From assembly GCA_025362585.1 (NCBI GenBank), contig JANYFR010000045.1, positions 2,110-66,109 on the forward strand: 64,000 nucleotides of DNA. The letters are read 5' to 3'. Source of the stretch: Acidimicrobiales bacterium. GTDB lineage: Bacteria > Actinomycetota > Acidimicrobiia > Acidimicrobiales > RAAP-2. Of the stretch, positions 8,660-18,188 are shown piece by piece (within the stretch, counting starts at the first letter, position 1; the number at the start of each line of letters is the position of its first letter). The notes under the pieces were generated by a model that was not told the origin of the DNA, did not search any database, and was given only the letters and a program-made list of their open reading frames with translations. The position numbers and the translations under genes were made by a program.

Positions 8660-8719
8660 ATGAATTCACAACAAATGAACAACGCGTTGCCCATTGAAAC
8701 AGCCTGCAACGGGTCGTAG
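8660..8719 (+). other. Candidate 19-aa small ORF (MNSQQMNNALPIETACNGS)
   Basis: Perfect SD AGGAGGT at 8647-8653, 6 nt before the ATG; TAG at 8717-8719. Confidence 0.25.
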
Positions 8720-9205
8720 CGCAAAGTTGGTGATCGCCTGTTGGTGTGGCAACGCCTCTCGGATGTCCGGAGCGCACCGTTGTGAATGAAGTTAATGGGT
8801 TTAGATGCGCAAGTAAAGGTGTAGCAATTGACATCGAAGGTAGTGAAGACTGACGCATACTGTCGAGTCGTTCCGATGGCGACGATGGAAACCGGCCTGA
8901 TTTCGGCATGACTGAGCCACACAACTCGGTGTTTACCAAATATTCCCTAATTCTTCGGAGCATGGTGGATGGCTCAAATGACTCAGCGTGGAGAACATCT
9001 CCTCATTGCATGTTGCGATTGTCCAGATCGAGAAGAACCCAGAAGTTTGGTCAAGGCAATTTTGTGGCAAAATCACCGCTTGCCATTGAGTGGGACTGTC
9101 CCGAATCTCCGTGACCAGTGAATTTGAGCGGCATTCAGCCAAAAGAACCGCGCCGAGGGACCAAGGATTGGGTATCGTGCGAGCAGAATGGTTGGAGGCG
9201 AGCAA

Positions 9206-10528
9206 ATGAATATTGCCACGTTCGTTTCGTTGGTGTTCAAGAACGAACTCCCATTCCGCATCGAGGCCTACGACGGCAGCAGCGCCGGACCGATGGTTGC
9301 ATCGCCAGCGAGCGAGATCACCGTGCGAATCCTGCGCCGAGAAGCACTGACGCGAATCTTCACACATCCTGGCGAACTAGGCGTCGCGCGGGCCTACGTC
9401 GCGGGCGACATCGACGTCGACGGTGACCTTGACGCCCTGTTCGATCTCGTGGCGCCCGGGGCAGCCCAACTGCTGCGAATCGAGAATCTTCGATCTCTGC
9501 TATCGGTCGTCGGCGTCGCGGGGCTAAGACCAATCGCCCCTCCGAGCATCGAGGCCCGGCAACGCGGCGTGCTGCACAGCCGTTCGCGAGACCGTCAAGC
9601 GATCTCGCACCACTACGACGTCTCCAATCGCTTCTACGAATTGGTTCTCGGACCGTCGATGACGTACTCGTGCGCCGTCTTTCGCTCGCCCGAGGACCCC
9701 CTCGAGGAGGCGCAACGTCGCAAGGTCGATTTGGTGGCGAAGAAGTTGGATCTGGCGCCGAGCAGGCGGCTACTCGACGTGGGGTGTGGTTGGGGCACAA
9801 TGGCCATCCACGCCGCGCGCACTTACGGCGCGAATGTGGTGGGCATTACGCTCTCCGAGCCTCAGCGGCGTTTCGCCATTGAGCAGGCGCGGTTGGCGGG
9901 CGTCGAGAACCTCGTCGAGTTTCGCATTCAGGACTACCGCGACGTCAATGACGGCCCGTATGACGCGATCAGCTCGATCGGCATGTCCGAGCACGTGGGA
10001 CGTAAATCCCTGGCGCCATACTCCCAAGGGCTCTTTGACCTCCTGCGCCCGGGTGGACGATTCCTCAATCACGCCATTGGACGACCGACCTCCTTCGAGG
10101 CCGACCCCGACCCGTCCAGGCGCTCCGAGGCGACCCACCAGTTACAGATTGCCCTCGGGATGCGGGGTCCGTCGAGGATCGGGAGCCCCTTCATCGAGCG
10201 CTACGTTTTTCCTGACGGCGAACTCCACGAGGTGGGCACGCTGGTCTCGACCTTCCAAGCCCATGGTTTTGAGGTCCGTCATCTCGAAAGTCTGCGCGAA
10301 CACTACGCCTTGACGCTTCGTCAGTGGGTGACTAATCTCACCAAACGATTCGACGAGGCAGTCGAAGAGGTTGGCGAGCAGCGGGCCCGGGCCTGGCATC
10401 TCTATATGGCGGTCTCGGCCGTGGGCTTTGCGCGCGGCCACCTGGAGATCCACCAGATTCTCAGTGTCCGCCCCGAAAAGGGACAGAGCGTGATGCCACT
10501 TCGACTTAACTTTGAACCTGGGTTCTAG
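9206..10528 (+). CDS. cfa: Cyclopropane-fatty-acyl-phospholipid synthase family SAM methyltransferase
   Basis: HYDVSNRFY, MTYSCA, LLDVGCGWG, YVFPDG and HYALTL motifs; GGAGG SD before ATG 9206. Confidence 0.9.
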   Translation: MNIATFVSLVFKNELPFRIEAYDGSSAGPMVASPASEITVRILRREALTRIFTHPGELGVARAYVAGDIDVDGDLDALFDLVAPGAAQLLRIENLRSLLSVVGVAGLRPIAPPSIEARQRGVLHSRSRDRQAISHHYDVSNRFYELVLGPSMTYSCAVFRSPEDPLEEAQRRKVDLVAKKLDLAPSRRLLDVGCGWGTMAIHAARTYGANVVGITLSEPQRRFAIEQARLAGVENLVEFRIQDYRDVNDGPYDAISSIGMSEHVGRKSLAPYSQGLFDLLRPGGRFLNHAIGRPTSFEADPDPSRRSEATHQLQIALGMRGPSRIGSPFIERYVFPDGELHEVGTLVSTFQAHGFEVRHLESLREHYALTLRQWVTNLTKRFDEAVEEVGEQRARAWHLYMAVSAVGFARGHLEIHQILSVRPEKGQSVMPLRLNFEPGF

Positions 10529-10562
10529 GGCCCAATCGCTGACCGTGAGGCTCTATTTCGCC

Positions 10563-10586
10563 TCGACCCCTATTAATAAGGGTCGA
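10563..10586. terminator. Hairpin between convergent cfa and E1-beta, possible bidirectional terminator
   Basis: TCGACCC-ctattaataa-GGGTCGA. Confidence 0.45.
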
Positions 10587-10598
10587 ACGGGTGTCGGC

Positions 10599-11576
10599 TC
10601 AGGTGTTCATGGACTTGGTGACCGTGCTCACAATCCGCTCCACCGACGGAATCGCCAGGTCTTCGAGGGCGTCGGCCGCCGGCAAGGGGATGTGGGGCGT
10701 CGTGATACGCACGATTGCACCGTCGAGGTCGTAGAAGGCCTCCTCGCTAACGATCGACGACAACTCCGCGCCCCAGCCGCAGAGCCGGGGGTTCTCTTCC
10801 ACGGTGAACATCCGTCCAGTGGCGATCACCTCGCGAAGAACCGTCGCGGTGTCGAGGGGCACGAGCGATCGAACGTCGATGACGGTGCAGTCAATTCCGG
10901 CGTCGCCGAGATTTTTCGCCGCGACGAGTGCCTTTGGGACCATGTTCCCGAGGGCGATCAGGGTCGCGTCGCCGCCACGTCGCAGTACCTTCGCGAGGCC
11001 CAACTCGTCGACAATCTCGCCGTCGGGGACTTCCATCTTGGAGGAGTAGAGCGCCTTCTCCTCGAGGAAGATGACCGGATCGTCGTCGCGGATCGATGCC
11101 GCCATCAGTCCAATGACGTCGAGGGCGTTCGACGGCACGACGACCTTCAGACCGGGGACCATCATCGCCCAGTTCTCCACGCTCTGCGAATGCTGGGCTC
11201 CGAAGCGCAGTCCGCCACCGTTGCCCGAGCGGATCACCAGCGGAAAGGTCAACTGTCCGTTGGTCATGTACCGACTCTTGGCGATCTCGTTGACGACAAT
11301 GTCCCAACAGACCGCGAAGAAGTCGGCGAACATGATTTCGGCGATCGGGCGAAGCCCGGTCATGGCGGCGCCCATGGCCGCGCCGAGGATGGCCTGCTCG
11401 CTAATCGGCGTGTCGCGTACGCGCACGCCGCCGAACTCCTCCAAGAGTCCAACGGTCCCCTTGAACACACCACCGGCGGCGCCGACGTCCTCGCCGAGCA
11501 AGACCACGGACTCGTCGCGACGCATCTCTTGGGCGATGCCCCGCGCGATCGCCTCTCGAAAGGTCAGTTGCGCCAC
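10599..11576 (-). CDS. TPP-dependent 2-oxoacid/acetoin dehydrogenase E1 beta subunit
   Basis: LLGEDVG, RVRDTPISEQ and HSQSVE motifs. GTG start with GGAGG SD, overlapping the E1 alpha stop. Confidence 0.9.
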   Translation of the reverse strand: MAQLTFREAIARGIAQEMRRDESVVLLGEDVGAAGGVFKGTVGLLEEFGGVRVRDTPISEQAILGAAMGAAMTGLRPIAEIMFADFFAVCWDIVVNEIAKSRYMTNGQLTFPLVIRSGNGGGLRFGAQHSQSVENWAMMVPGLKVVVPSNALDVIGLMAASIRDDDPVIFLEEKALYSSKMEVPDGEIVDELGLAKVLRRGGDATLIALGNMVPKALVAAKNLGDAGIDCTVIDVRSLVPLDTATVLREVIATGRMFTVEENPRLCGWGAELSSIVSEEAFYDLDGAIVRITTPHIPLPAADALEDLAIPSVERIVSTVTKSMNT

Positions 11577-12568
11577 GACGAACCTCCGTCCGCCCAGACG
11601 TCCTTCATCAACAGCTCCTCGCCTGGAATCGGCCCGCTCTTGGCCTCCTCGGTCGCGAGTTCGACCTGAGCCGCGACGGAAAGTTCGATCTCGGTCAGCT
11701 GGGCCTCGGAGGCACCCTCGGCCAGTAGCCGCGCGTGGTAGCGAGGGATCGGGTCCTTGGCCATCCATTCGGCGACCTCGTCGTCGGGGCGGTACTTACC
11801 CGGATCGGCTCTCGAGTGGCCGCCGTGGCGGTACGTCAAGGCTTCGATCATGCTCGGCCCCTCGCCCGCGCGAGCGCGAGCGATTGCCGTGGACGCCACT
11901 TCGTAGACTGCGTCGGCGTCATTGCCGTCGACGATGATCGCTTCGAGTCCGTAGGCCGCCGCCCGATCGGCCGCGGGGTTGGCCACCGCGGTCACTTCGG
12001 AGGTACGCGTGTACTCCATCCAGAGGTTGTTCTCACAGACGAAGACGACCGGGAGCTTCCAGATCGCGGCGAAGTTGAGGGCCTCGTGGAAGGCGCCGAT
12101 GTTCACCGAGCCGTCGCCGAAGAAACAGACGGCGACCTGCTCGGTGCCCCGGTACTGCGCACTCCACGCCGCGCCGCAGGCGATTGGCAGGTGCGCGCCG
12201 ATGATCGCGTAGCTGCCCATGACTCCGTGCTCGACCGAGGTGAGATGCATCGAGCCACCCTTACCGGCCATGAGGCCGTTGGCGCGACCCATCAGCTCGG
12301 CAAAGACCGGCGTCATTGGTACGCCGCGCGCCAGGGTGTGCGCGTGACCGCGATAGGTCGCGAAGGTCCAGTCGGTCGGGCGCATGGCGGCGGCGAAGCC
12401 GGCGGCAATTGCCTCTTGGCCAATGGACAGGTGACTCGTCCCCTTCACGTAGTTCTCGAGGAACAGGTCGTAGGCCCGCGTCTCGAACTGGCGCAACGCC
12501 ACTTGGCACCGATAGAGCGCAAGCTTCTCCGTGAGGTCCATGACGGACGTGGCGATGGTGCTACTCAT
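11564..12568 (-). CDS. TPP-dependent 2-oxoacid/acetoin dehydrogenase E1 alpha subunit
   Basis: TPP motif GDGS...ENN, HLSIGQEA, TYRGH and YRHGGHSRAD. Confidence 0.92.
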   Translation of the reverse strand: MSSTIATSVMDLTEKLALYRCQVALRQFETRAYDLFLENYVKGTSHLSIGQEAIAAGFAAAMRPTDWTFATYRGHAHTLARGVPMTPVFAELMGRANGLMAGKGGSMHLTSVEHGVMGSYAIIGAHLPIACGAAWSAQYRGTEQVAVCFFGDGSVNIGAFHEALNFAAIWKLPVVFVCENNLWMEYTRTSEVTAVANPAADRAAAYGLEAIIVDGNDADAVYEVASTAIARARAGEGPSMIEALTYRHGGHSRADPGKYRPDDEVAEWMAKDPIPRYHARLLAEGASEAQLTEIELSVAAQVELATEEAKSGPIPGEELLMKDVWADGGSSWRN

Positions 12569-12576
12569 GAATGCTC

Positions 12577-13827
12577 CTAGTACTTGTTGGCGACCATCAG
12601 CTCTTGCGCGGGAAACCGCGTAAGGATCGCTGGGCCGTTCTCGGTCACGACAATCTCTTCTTCGATACGGGCAGCCGACACGCCGTCGGTGCCGGGACAG
12701 TAGGTCTCGAGTGCGAAGACCATGCCCGCCTTCAGTTCAATGGGGTCGCTCAGACTGTTCAGTCGACTAATCACCGGGCGCTCGTGTAGTCCGAGGCCCA
12801 GGCCGTGACCGAACTGCAGCCCGAATGCCGCCATCTCGTTCGCGAACCCGAACTCGGTCGCCGCGGGCCACGCCCGCGCGATCTCGTCGGTCCCGACCCC
12901 CGGACGTACGAGGGCGATCGCCGTGTCCATCCACTCGCGCGCTTGGGTGTAGGCGTCACGCTGGACCGCTGTCGAACTACCCACCGACATTGTGCGGTAG
13001 TAGCAGGTGCGGTACCCATTGAACGAGTGAATAATGTCGAAGAAGGCCTGTTCGCCGGGACGGATGATCCGGTCGGTGAAATTGTGGGGGTGCGGATTGC
13101 AGCGTTCACCCGAGACGGCGTTGATTGCTTCAACCTGATCAGAACCCATTTCGTAGAGTCGCTTGTTCGCGAGCGCCACGATCTCGTTCTCACGTACGCC
13201 GGGCTTCAGGGCCTCGAAGATGTCCTGGTAGACACCGTCGACCATCGCGGCCGCCTGCGAGAGGAGCATCAACTCGTCGGGGGACTTGATCTGGCGCGCG
13301 TCGAGCATGAGCTGTTGGGCATCGTGAATCTCCACGCCGGCCTTTTGCATCTCGAAGAGGAAGGGCAGTTCGATGATGTCGATGCCGATCGGTTGACCGG
13401 TGAGGCCCTGATCCGCCAGGATGCCGACGATCTCCTTGACGGCCGACTCGAAGAGGCCGGCGCGCGGTGCAATGGCGCCGCGCAGTCCCAGCATGCCCGC
13501 GCGACAGTTGTCCGGTTCGAGCCACGGCGCGAACAGCTTGTGGTGACGCGCGGCCGAACCGAAGTCCCACACGATCGGCTCGCCGGTGCGCGTGAGCAGG
13601 CAGTAGCGCGTCATCTTGTCCCCGAGAGCTCCGCCCACCCACGTGCCCGACACGTAACGAATGTTGTAGAAGTCAAAGAGCAGGACCGCCGCGAGATCGG
13701 TCGCGTGCAGCGCCTCGCGCGCCCGAGCGAGCCGGTAGCTGCGCAGCCGGTCGAAGTCGACCCTCATCTCAAAGTCGACGCCCGTGTGGCCCGGGGTGTT
13801 GATCGTGGGACCGAAATCGAATTCCAT
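12577..13827 (-). CDS. M24 (Xaa-Pro peptidase/creatinase fold) hydrolase with a non-canonical metal site
   Basis: FFDII...GYRTCYYRT, GHGLGLGLHE, FALET and RIEE. The second metal-ligand Asp is replaced by Cys. Confidence 0.85.
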   Translation of the reverse strand: MEFDFGPTINTPGHTGVDFEMRVDFDRLRSYRLARAREALHATDLAAVLLFDFYNIRYVSGTWVGGALGDKMTRYCLLTRTGEPIVWDFGSAARHHKLFAPWLEPDNCRAGMLGLRGAIAPRAGLFESAVKEIVGILADQGLTGQPIGIDIIELPFLFEMQKAGVEIHDAQQLMLDARQIKSPDELMLLSQAAAMVDGVYQDIFEALKPGVRENEIVALANKRLYEMGSDQVEAINAVSGERCNPHPHNFTDRIIRPGEQAFFDIIHSFNGYRTCYYRTMSVGSSTAVQRDAYTQAREWMDTAIALVRPGVGTDEIARAWPAATEFGFANEMAAFGLQFGHGLGLGLHERPVISRLNSLSDPIELKAGMVFALETYCPGTDGVSAARIEEEIVVTENGPAILTRFPAQELMVANKY

Positions 13828-14762
13828 CAGCGCACCGCCAATCCGTCGTCGACCGCGACGTTCTCGGCGACCAAGGTGAGACCGGCCCCGCGAGCCGCCT
13901 CGAGGAGGAGCACGGCGAAGTCGTCGTCCACGTAGCCCGCCCCTATCGCGCTCTTGACAATCTCGGTGCAGAGCGCCGAGACGGGCATCGGCACGTCGAG
14001 TTCGTAGGCGGCGTGCATCCCGAGGTCGAAGTCTTTGCGCAACAGCGTGGGAGTGAAGGTCGGTGTGAAGTCGAGGTTCACGAACGCGGGTGACTTGTAG
14101 CGGGTGAACATCGAACCCATCACCGAGTTGTTAAGGAACTCGAGCCACGCGCTGCGCTGGACGCCGCCGCGCTCGGCGAGGACCGTGATTTCCGCCATCG
14201 CCTGGGCGACGATTCCGAGCATCATGTTGTGACAGATTTTGACGAGGCGCGCGACCTCGTCGTCGCCGACGTAGGTGACGCCGTTTCCAAGTTGGTCGAA
14301 ATACGGTCGCACGTCGTCGAACGCCTCACGAGTACCCGACACGGCCAGGGTCAGCTTTCCGGCCGCGACCACCTTCGGGTTACCACTCACTGGGGCGGCG
14401 AGGAAGGCCGCGCCCCGGGCGCTACAGGCAGCGCGCACCGCCGAAGAGGTCTCCGTCGACACCGTCGAGCAGTCGACCACGATTCGTGGAGCGTTGCTCG
14501 GATTGGTGAGCAGTCCCTGCTCGCCCGAGGTCACGTCCACCAGATCGGCGTTCGCCGAGACCATGATGAACACGATGTCACAGTGGGCGAGTTCCCTCGG
14601 CGTGTCGACGACGGTCGCCCCGAGTGCGCCGAGGACATCGGCCTTCGCGCGGGTACGATTCGTCACCGTGACTTCGTGGCCCGCGGCGACGAGCCGTCGA
14701 GCCATCGCGGTGCCCATTCGTCCGGCGCCAATCCAGCCAATACGCACTGGGCTCACACTCAT
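13827..14762 (-). CDS. NAD(P)-dependent beta-hydroxyacid dehydrogenase (3-hydroxyisobutyrate/6PGD family)
   Basis: GWIGAGRMG Rossmann motif, APVSG and catalytic Lys in VKICHN. Start ATG 14762 with GGAGG SD. Confidence 0.88.
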   Translation of the reverse strand: MSVSPVRIGWIGAGRMGTAMARRLVAAGHEVTVTNRTRAKADVLGALGATVVDTPRELAHCDIVFIMVSANADLVDVTSGEQGLLTNPSNAPRIVVDCSTVSTETSSAVRAACSARGAAFLAAPVSGNPKVVAAGKLTLAVSGTREAFDDVRPYFDQLGNGVTYVGDDEVARLVKICHNMMLGIVAQAMAEITVLAERGGVQRSAWLEFLNNSVMGSMFTRYKSPAFVNLDFTPTFTPTLLRKDFDLGMHAAYELDVPMPVSALCTEIVKSAIGAGYVDDDFAVLLLEAARGAGLTLVAENVAVDDGLAVR

Positions 14763-14787
14763 TCCGTCCTCCCGATCTCTACTGGTT

Positions 14788-15537
14788 TCAACTGGCGTGC
14801 TTGGTCTCTTCGATCGAACCGCCCAAGTAGAGTGCGCCAATTTCGGGGTTGTTGAGGACGTCAATCCCCGATCCCGACAACCGGACCCTGCCATTCTCGA
14901 GCACGATACCGGTGTGACTCAGCTTCAGCGCCTGACGGGCGTTCTGTTCGACCAACAACACGGTGCGACCCATGCTGTTCATCATCTTGATCGTGGCGAA
15001 CATGGAGCGAAGTGTCTTGGGGTCGAGTCCCATTGAGGGCTCGTCAAGCACCACGAGGTCCGGTTCAAGCATGAGGCACCGGGCGAACTCGACCAGCCGC
15101 TGCTGACCACCCGACAGGCTGCCGGCCTTGTCGCTCGCCCGTTCGGCCACGATTGGGAACATCTCACGTATCGCCGCCATCCGTTCGGCGATGACCTTGC
15201 GGTCCTTCACGAGAAAAGCCCCGAGTTCGACGTTCTCGTCGACCGTCATTTCACGAAAGAGGCTGTGGTGTTGAGGTACCTGGACGACGCCGAGGCGCAG
15301 GATCTGCCTGGGGGTCTGGCCGACCAGGTTCTCCCCCTTGAACCAGATCTCGCCCAATCGCGGCTTGACGAGCCCGCTCACGGTCTTGAGCAGCGTGGAC
15401 TTGCCCGACCCGTTGGGTCCCACGATGCAGGTGACCCCACCCTGTGGTACATCGAACTGAACACCCTTCAGCACGTCGCCCCCACCGTAGCCCGCGACAA
15501 CATTGGTGAAGCGAAGGAACGGGGCGGTCTCAGCCAT
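14788..15537 (-). CDS. LIV-type ABC transporter ATP-binding subunit (LivF-like)
   Basis: GPNGSGKST, LSGGQQ and LDEPSMGL motifs; start at ATG 15537. Confidence 0.9.
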   Translation of the reverse strand: MAETAPFLRFTNVVAGYGGGDVLKGVQFDVPQGGVTCIVGPNGSGKSTLLKTVSGLVKPRLGEIWFKGENLVGQTPRQILRLGVVQVPQHHSLFREMTVDENVELGAFLVKDRKVIAERMAAIREMFPIVAERASDKAGSLSGGQQRLVEFARCLMLEPDLVVLDEPSMGLDPKTLRSMFATIKMMNSMGRTVLLVEQNARQALKLSHTGIVLENGRVRLSGSGIDVLNNPEIGALYLGGSIEETKHAS

Positions 15538-16306
15538 TGACGGCCTCCACGACCTCGTCGTCGTCGCCGCCGCCCAGGTAGGCATCGAGGACGAGTGGAT
15601 TTGACCTCACGGCCGCGGGCTCACCCGACACCAGATTCGTGCCCTGGTGCATCACGCTCACCCAAGTGCAGAGGTTCATCACGAACTCCATGTTGTGCTC
15701 GACGATTAAGAACGTCTTGCCGGACTTATTGAGTGTGCGGATTTTCTCCGCGACCTGATTGATCAGCGTGAGATTGACCCCACCAGCCGGTTCGTCGAGC
15801 AAGATCACGTCGGGGTCGGCGACGAGCACATAGGCGAGCTCGAGGAGCTTGCGCTGGCCGTACGAGAGGGCGCCGGCCTCGAGGTCGGCCAGTCGAGCGA
15901 TGCCCACGAAGTCGAGCCACTCCATTGCCGAGGCGACTTCGGCCTTGGAGGACTTCGAACGCGTCAGGCCGCGCAGCCAGCTCTCGTCGCGCTGGGTCGC
16001 CACCAGCATGTTCTCGAGCACGCTGATGCGACCAAAGATCCGCGTCAACTGGAAGGTCCGCCCGATACCTCGCTCAAACACCACGTTCGGACGCGCGTTG
16101 GTGATGTCGTTGCCTTCGAACGTGACGGTGCCGGCGTCGGGTTTCACGTAGCCAGTGATGACGTTAAAGAGTGTTGTCTTGCCCGAACCGTTTGGCCCGA
16201 TGAGCCCGGTGATGCTCCCCTGCTCGACGTCGAGCGAGCAGTCGACGAGGGCCTTGACGCCCCCGAACGACTTCGACACGTTCTGGGCACTTAGCAGCGT
16301 CGTCAC
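15530..16306 (-). CDS. LIV-type ABC transporter ATP-binding subunit (LivG-like)
   Basis: GPNGSGKTT, LSYGQRK, LLDEPAGG and LDAYLG motifs. Confidence 0.9.
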   Translation of the reverse strand: MTTLLSAQNVSKSFGGVKALVDCSLDVEQGSITGLIGPNGSGKTTLFNVITGYVKPDAGTVTFEGNDITNARPNVVFERGIGRTFQLTRIFGRISVLENMLVATQRDESWLRGLTRSKSSKAEVASAMEWLDFVGIARLADLEAGALSYGQRKLLELAYVLVADPDVILLDEPAGGVNLTLINQVAEKIRTLNKSGKTFLIVEHNMEFVMNLCTWVSVMHQGTNLVSGEPAAVRSNPLVLDAYLGGGDDDEVVEAVNG

Positions 16307-17301
16307 GAGGCCACCCCAGCGACCGCGGCCTCATTGGAGGCGACGGCCGCCTTCTCCCGTTCGGCCTTCTTCGTGACGCGGTCACGCAGGAAGACGACGA
16401 CGCCCTGGGGCATGAACATGATGACGATGAGAAAGAGGGCGCCGTAGAGGAAGAGGTACAGGTACGGGTACGACACGGTGAAGTACTGCTGGCTTGCCTC
16501 GAGGATCAGCGCGCCGAGGAGCGGGCCGGTAAGTGTGCCGAGTCCGCCGAGGAACGCCATCAGCGCGATGCTGATGTCGAAGAAAGGATCAAACGCGAAC
16601 TGGGGGTAGATCTGGCCGAGGAACATTGCGTAGACGGCACCGGCCATGCCAATCGTGAAGGCCGACATGGTGAAGCCGGCGCGCTTCACGGCAGCGACCT
16701 TGACGCCGAGTCCGAGGGCCCGGTCCTCGTCGTCGCGAATCGCCAATAACTGCAAGCCGAACCTCGAGCGGCGTACGACCGCCGACACGACAGTGATGAA
16801 AATGAGAATGCCGAGGGCCACGTAGTAGAAGGGGACGTTGTAGTAGCTCGCGTTCCACTGGATGAAGGGCAGCGCAATGCCCGCCGACCCTCCGGTGAAT
16901 GAGAAGTTGAATGCCGCATTCTGAAAGATGAATAGCGTCGCGATCGTGATGACGACGAACGTGTGGCGCCGCACCCGCAGCGCCGCCCAGCCGATCGGCA
17001 GGGCGACCGCGGAGGCGGCGAGTCCGCCGAGGGGGACGAGCCAGAACATGCCGGCCCCCGGCGCCATGTGCCAATGCGTCGAGGCGAGCGCCATCGTGTA
17101 AGCCCCGACCCCGTAGAAGACGCCTGATCCCAGGGCGACGTAGCCCGAGTAGCCCGAAAACATATTCCACGACGTCGCGCAGGCCATGTACAGCAAGGTG
17201 AGGACGGCGATCGCCATGTAGCTCGGATTAGACACCCACATGGGAAAGAACCCGAACAGGGCGATGGCCGGCAACCACCACAGGTTCTTCTTTTGACGCA
17301 T
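16303..17301 (-). CDS. LIV-type ABC transporter permease (LivM-like)
   Basis: Multi-TM protein with SRFGLQLLAIRDDE and LGGLGTLTGP. Confidence 0.88.
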   Translation of the reverse strand: MRQKKNLWWLPAIALFGFFPMWVSNPSYMAIAVLTLLYMACATSWNMFSGYSGYVALGSGVFYGVGAYTMALASTHWHMAPGAGMFWLVPLGGLAASAVALPIGWAALRVRRHTFVVITIATLFIFQNAAFNFSFTGGSAGIALPFIQWNASYYNVPFYYVALGILIFITVVSAVVRRSRFGLQLLAIRDDEDRALGLGVKVAAVKRAGFTMSAFTIGMAGAVYAMFLGQIYPQFAFDPFFDISIALMAFLGGLGTLTGPLLGALILEASQQYFTVSYPYLYLFLYGALFLIVIMFMPQGVVVFLRDRVTKKAEREKAAVASNEAAVAGVAS

Positions 17302-18185
17302 TACGCCACTCTCGCGGACTGCTTACCGAAGAGTCCCTGGGGACGCACGAGGAGGACCACGACGAGGACGACAAAGTACGACATCGTCGACCAGACCGGG
17401 GACCACACGGTGCCGACCACGTCGCCAATGAACACCATCGACACACCGGCGAGCATGGCGCCGCCAAGACTGCCCATTCCTCCGAGCACGATGATGGTCA
17501 ACAGTCGAGATATCAAGTCGTAGCTGGTACTCGCGTTAAATGCGTTGGTGGAGCCGTAGATCATCCCGCCGGCCGCGGTCACGGCGACGCCGATGCCGAA
17601 GCAGATCGTCGACACGCGACGCACGTCGATACCGACTAGCGCCGCGGACGTCTGGTCGGCGAGGGACGCGCGCACGCTCACCCCAAAGCGAGTGCGGTAC
17701 AACATGAAGTACAGGGCGCTCAGGAGGACGGCCGCCATGACGAAGCCGGCCACGTAGATGAATCCGAAGTGCACTCCACCAATGCTGAAGGATCGAGTCA
17801 CGTACGACGCCTGCAGTTGGACGACGTTGACCGAGAAGACCGTGTTCAAGGTCCCCTCAATCAGCAGCGAGACAGCGTACGTGACCAAGATCGACATGGC
17901 AGTCTTCTCGGGGCCCTTCAATCGAGCCATGAAGACCCGCTCAATCACGACCCCCACGACGAACAGCGTGGGGATCGTGATCAAGAGGCCGACGAAGAGG
18001 TCGATGCCCAGGTGGACCGACAAGGCGTAACTCAAGTAAGCGCCGAGAATCACGAGGATCCCCTGAGCCACGTTGATGATGTCCATGACCCCAAAGATCA
18101 GGGTCAGTCCGGTGGCCATCAGGGCGTAGACCGAACCGGTCAGGATCCCGTCCTTGGCTGCATTGAGGAGTGCAATTGCGTTCAA
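17301..18185 (-). CDS. LIV-type ABC transporter permease (LivH-like)
   Basis: YALMATGLTLIFGVMDIINVAQG and LGGMGSL motifs; TTG start. Confidence 0.88.
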   Translation of the reverse strand: MNAIALLNAAKDGILTGSVYALMATGLTLIFGVMDIINVAQGILVILGAYLSYALSVHLGIDLFVGLLITIPTLFVVGVVIERVFMARLKGPEKTAMSILVTYAVSLLIEGTLNTVFSVNVVQLQASYVTRSFSIGGVHFGFIYVAGFVMAAVLLSALYFMLYRTRFGVSVRASLADQTSAALVGIDVRRVSTICFGIGVAVTAAGGMIYGSTNAFNASTSYDLISRLLTIIVLGGMGSLGGAMLAGVSMVFIGDVVGTVWSPVWSTMSYFVVLVVVLLVRPQGLFGKQSARVA

Positions 18186-18188
18186 GGG

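Larger units (their letters stand above)
8383..9205. promoter_or_regulatory. AT-rich divergent regulatory region between pilB and cfa
   Basis: About 820 bp with no convincing long ORF. Lines 8401-8460 and 8461-8520 each have 22/60 G+C. Contains palindromes and a 10-bp direct repeat. Confidence 0.6.

Noticed and set aside
9050-9110. Possible c-di-GMP-I riboswitch (GGCAAA...GTGGGAC) near the pilus promoter
   Set aside because: The GNRA tetraloop and GCAAAG elements are not in the expected arrangement, and the orientation is opposite to pilB. An Infernal scan would be decisive.
8119-9367. ORFs 8119-8697, 8634-8963, 8653-8922 and 8933-9367 in the AT-rich gap
   Set aside because: No recognisable motifs, overlapping and conflicting frames, and weak starts. 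The 89-aa 8653-8922 ORF cannot be fully excluded without a homology search.
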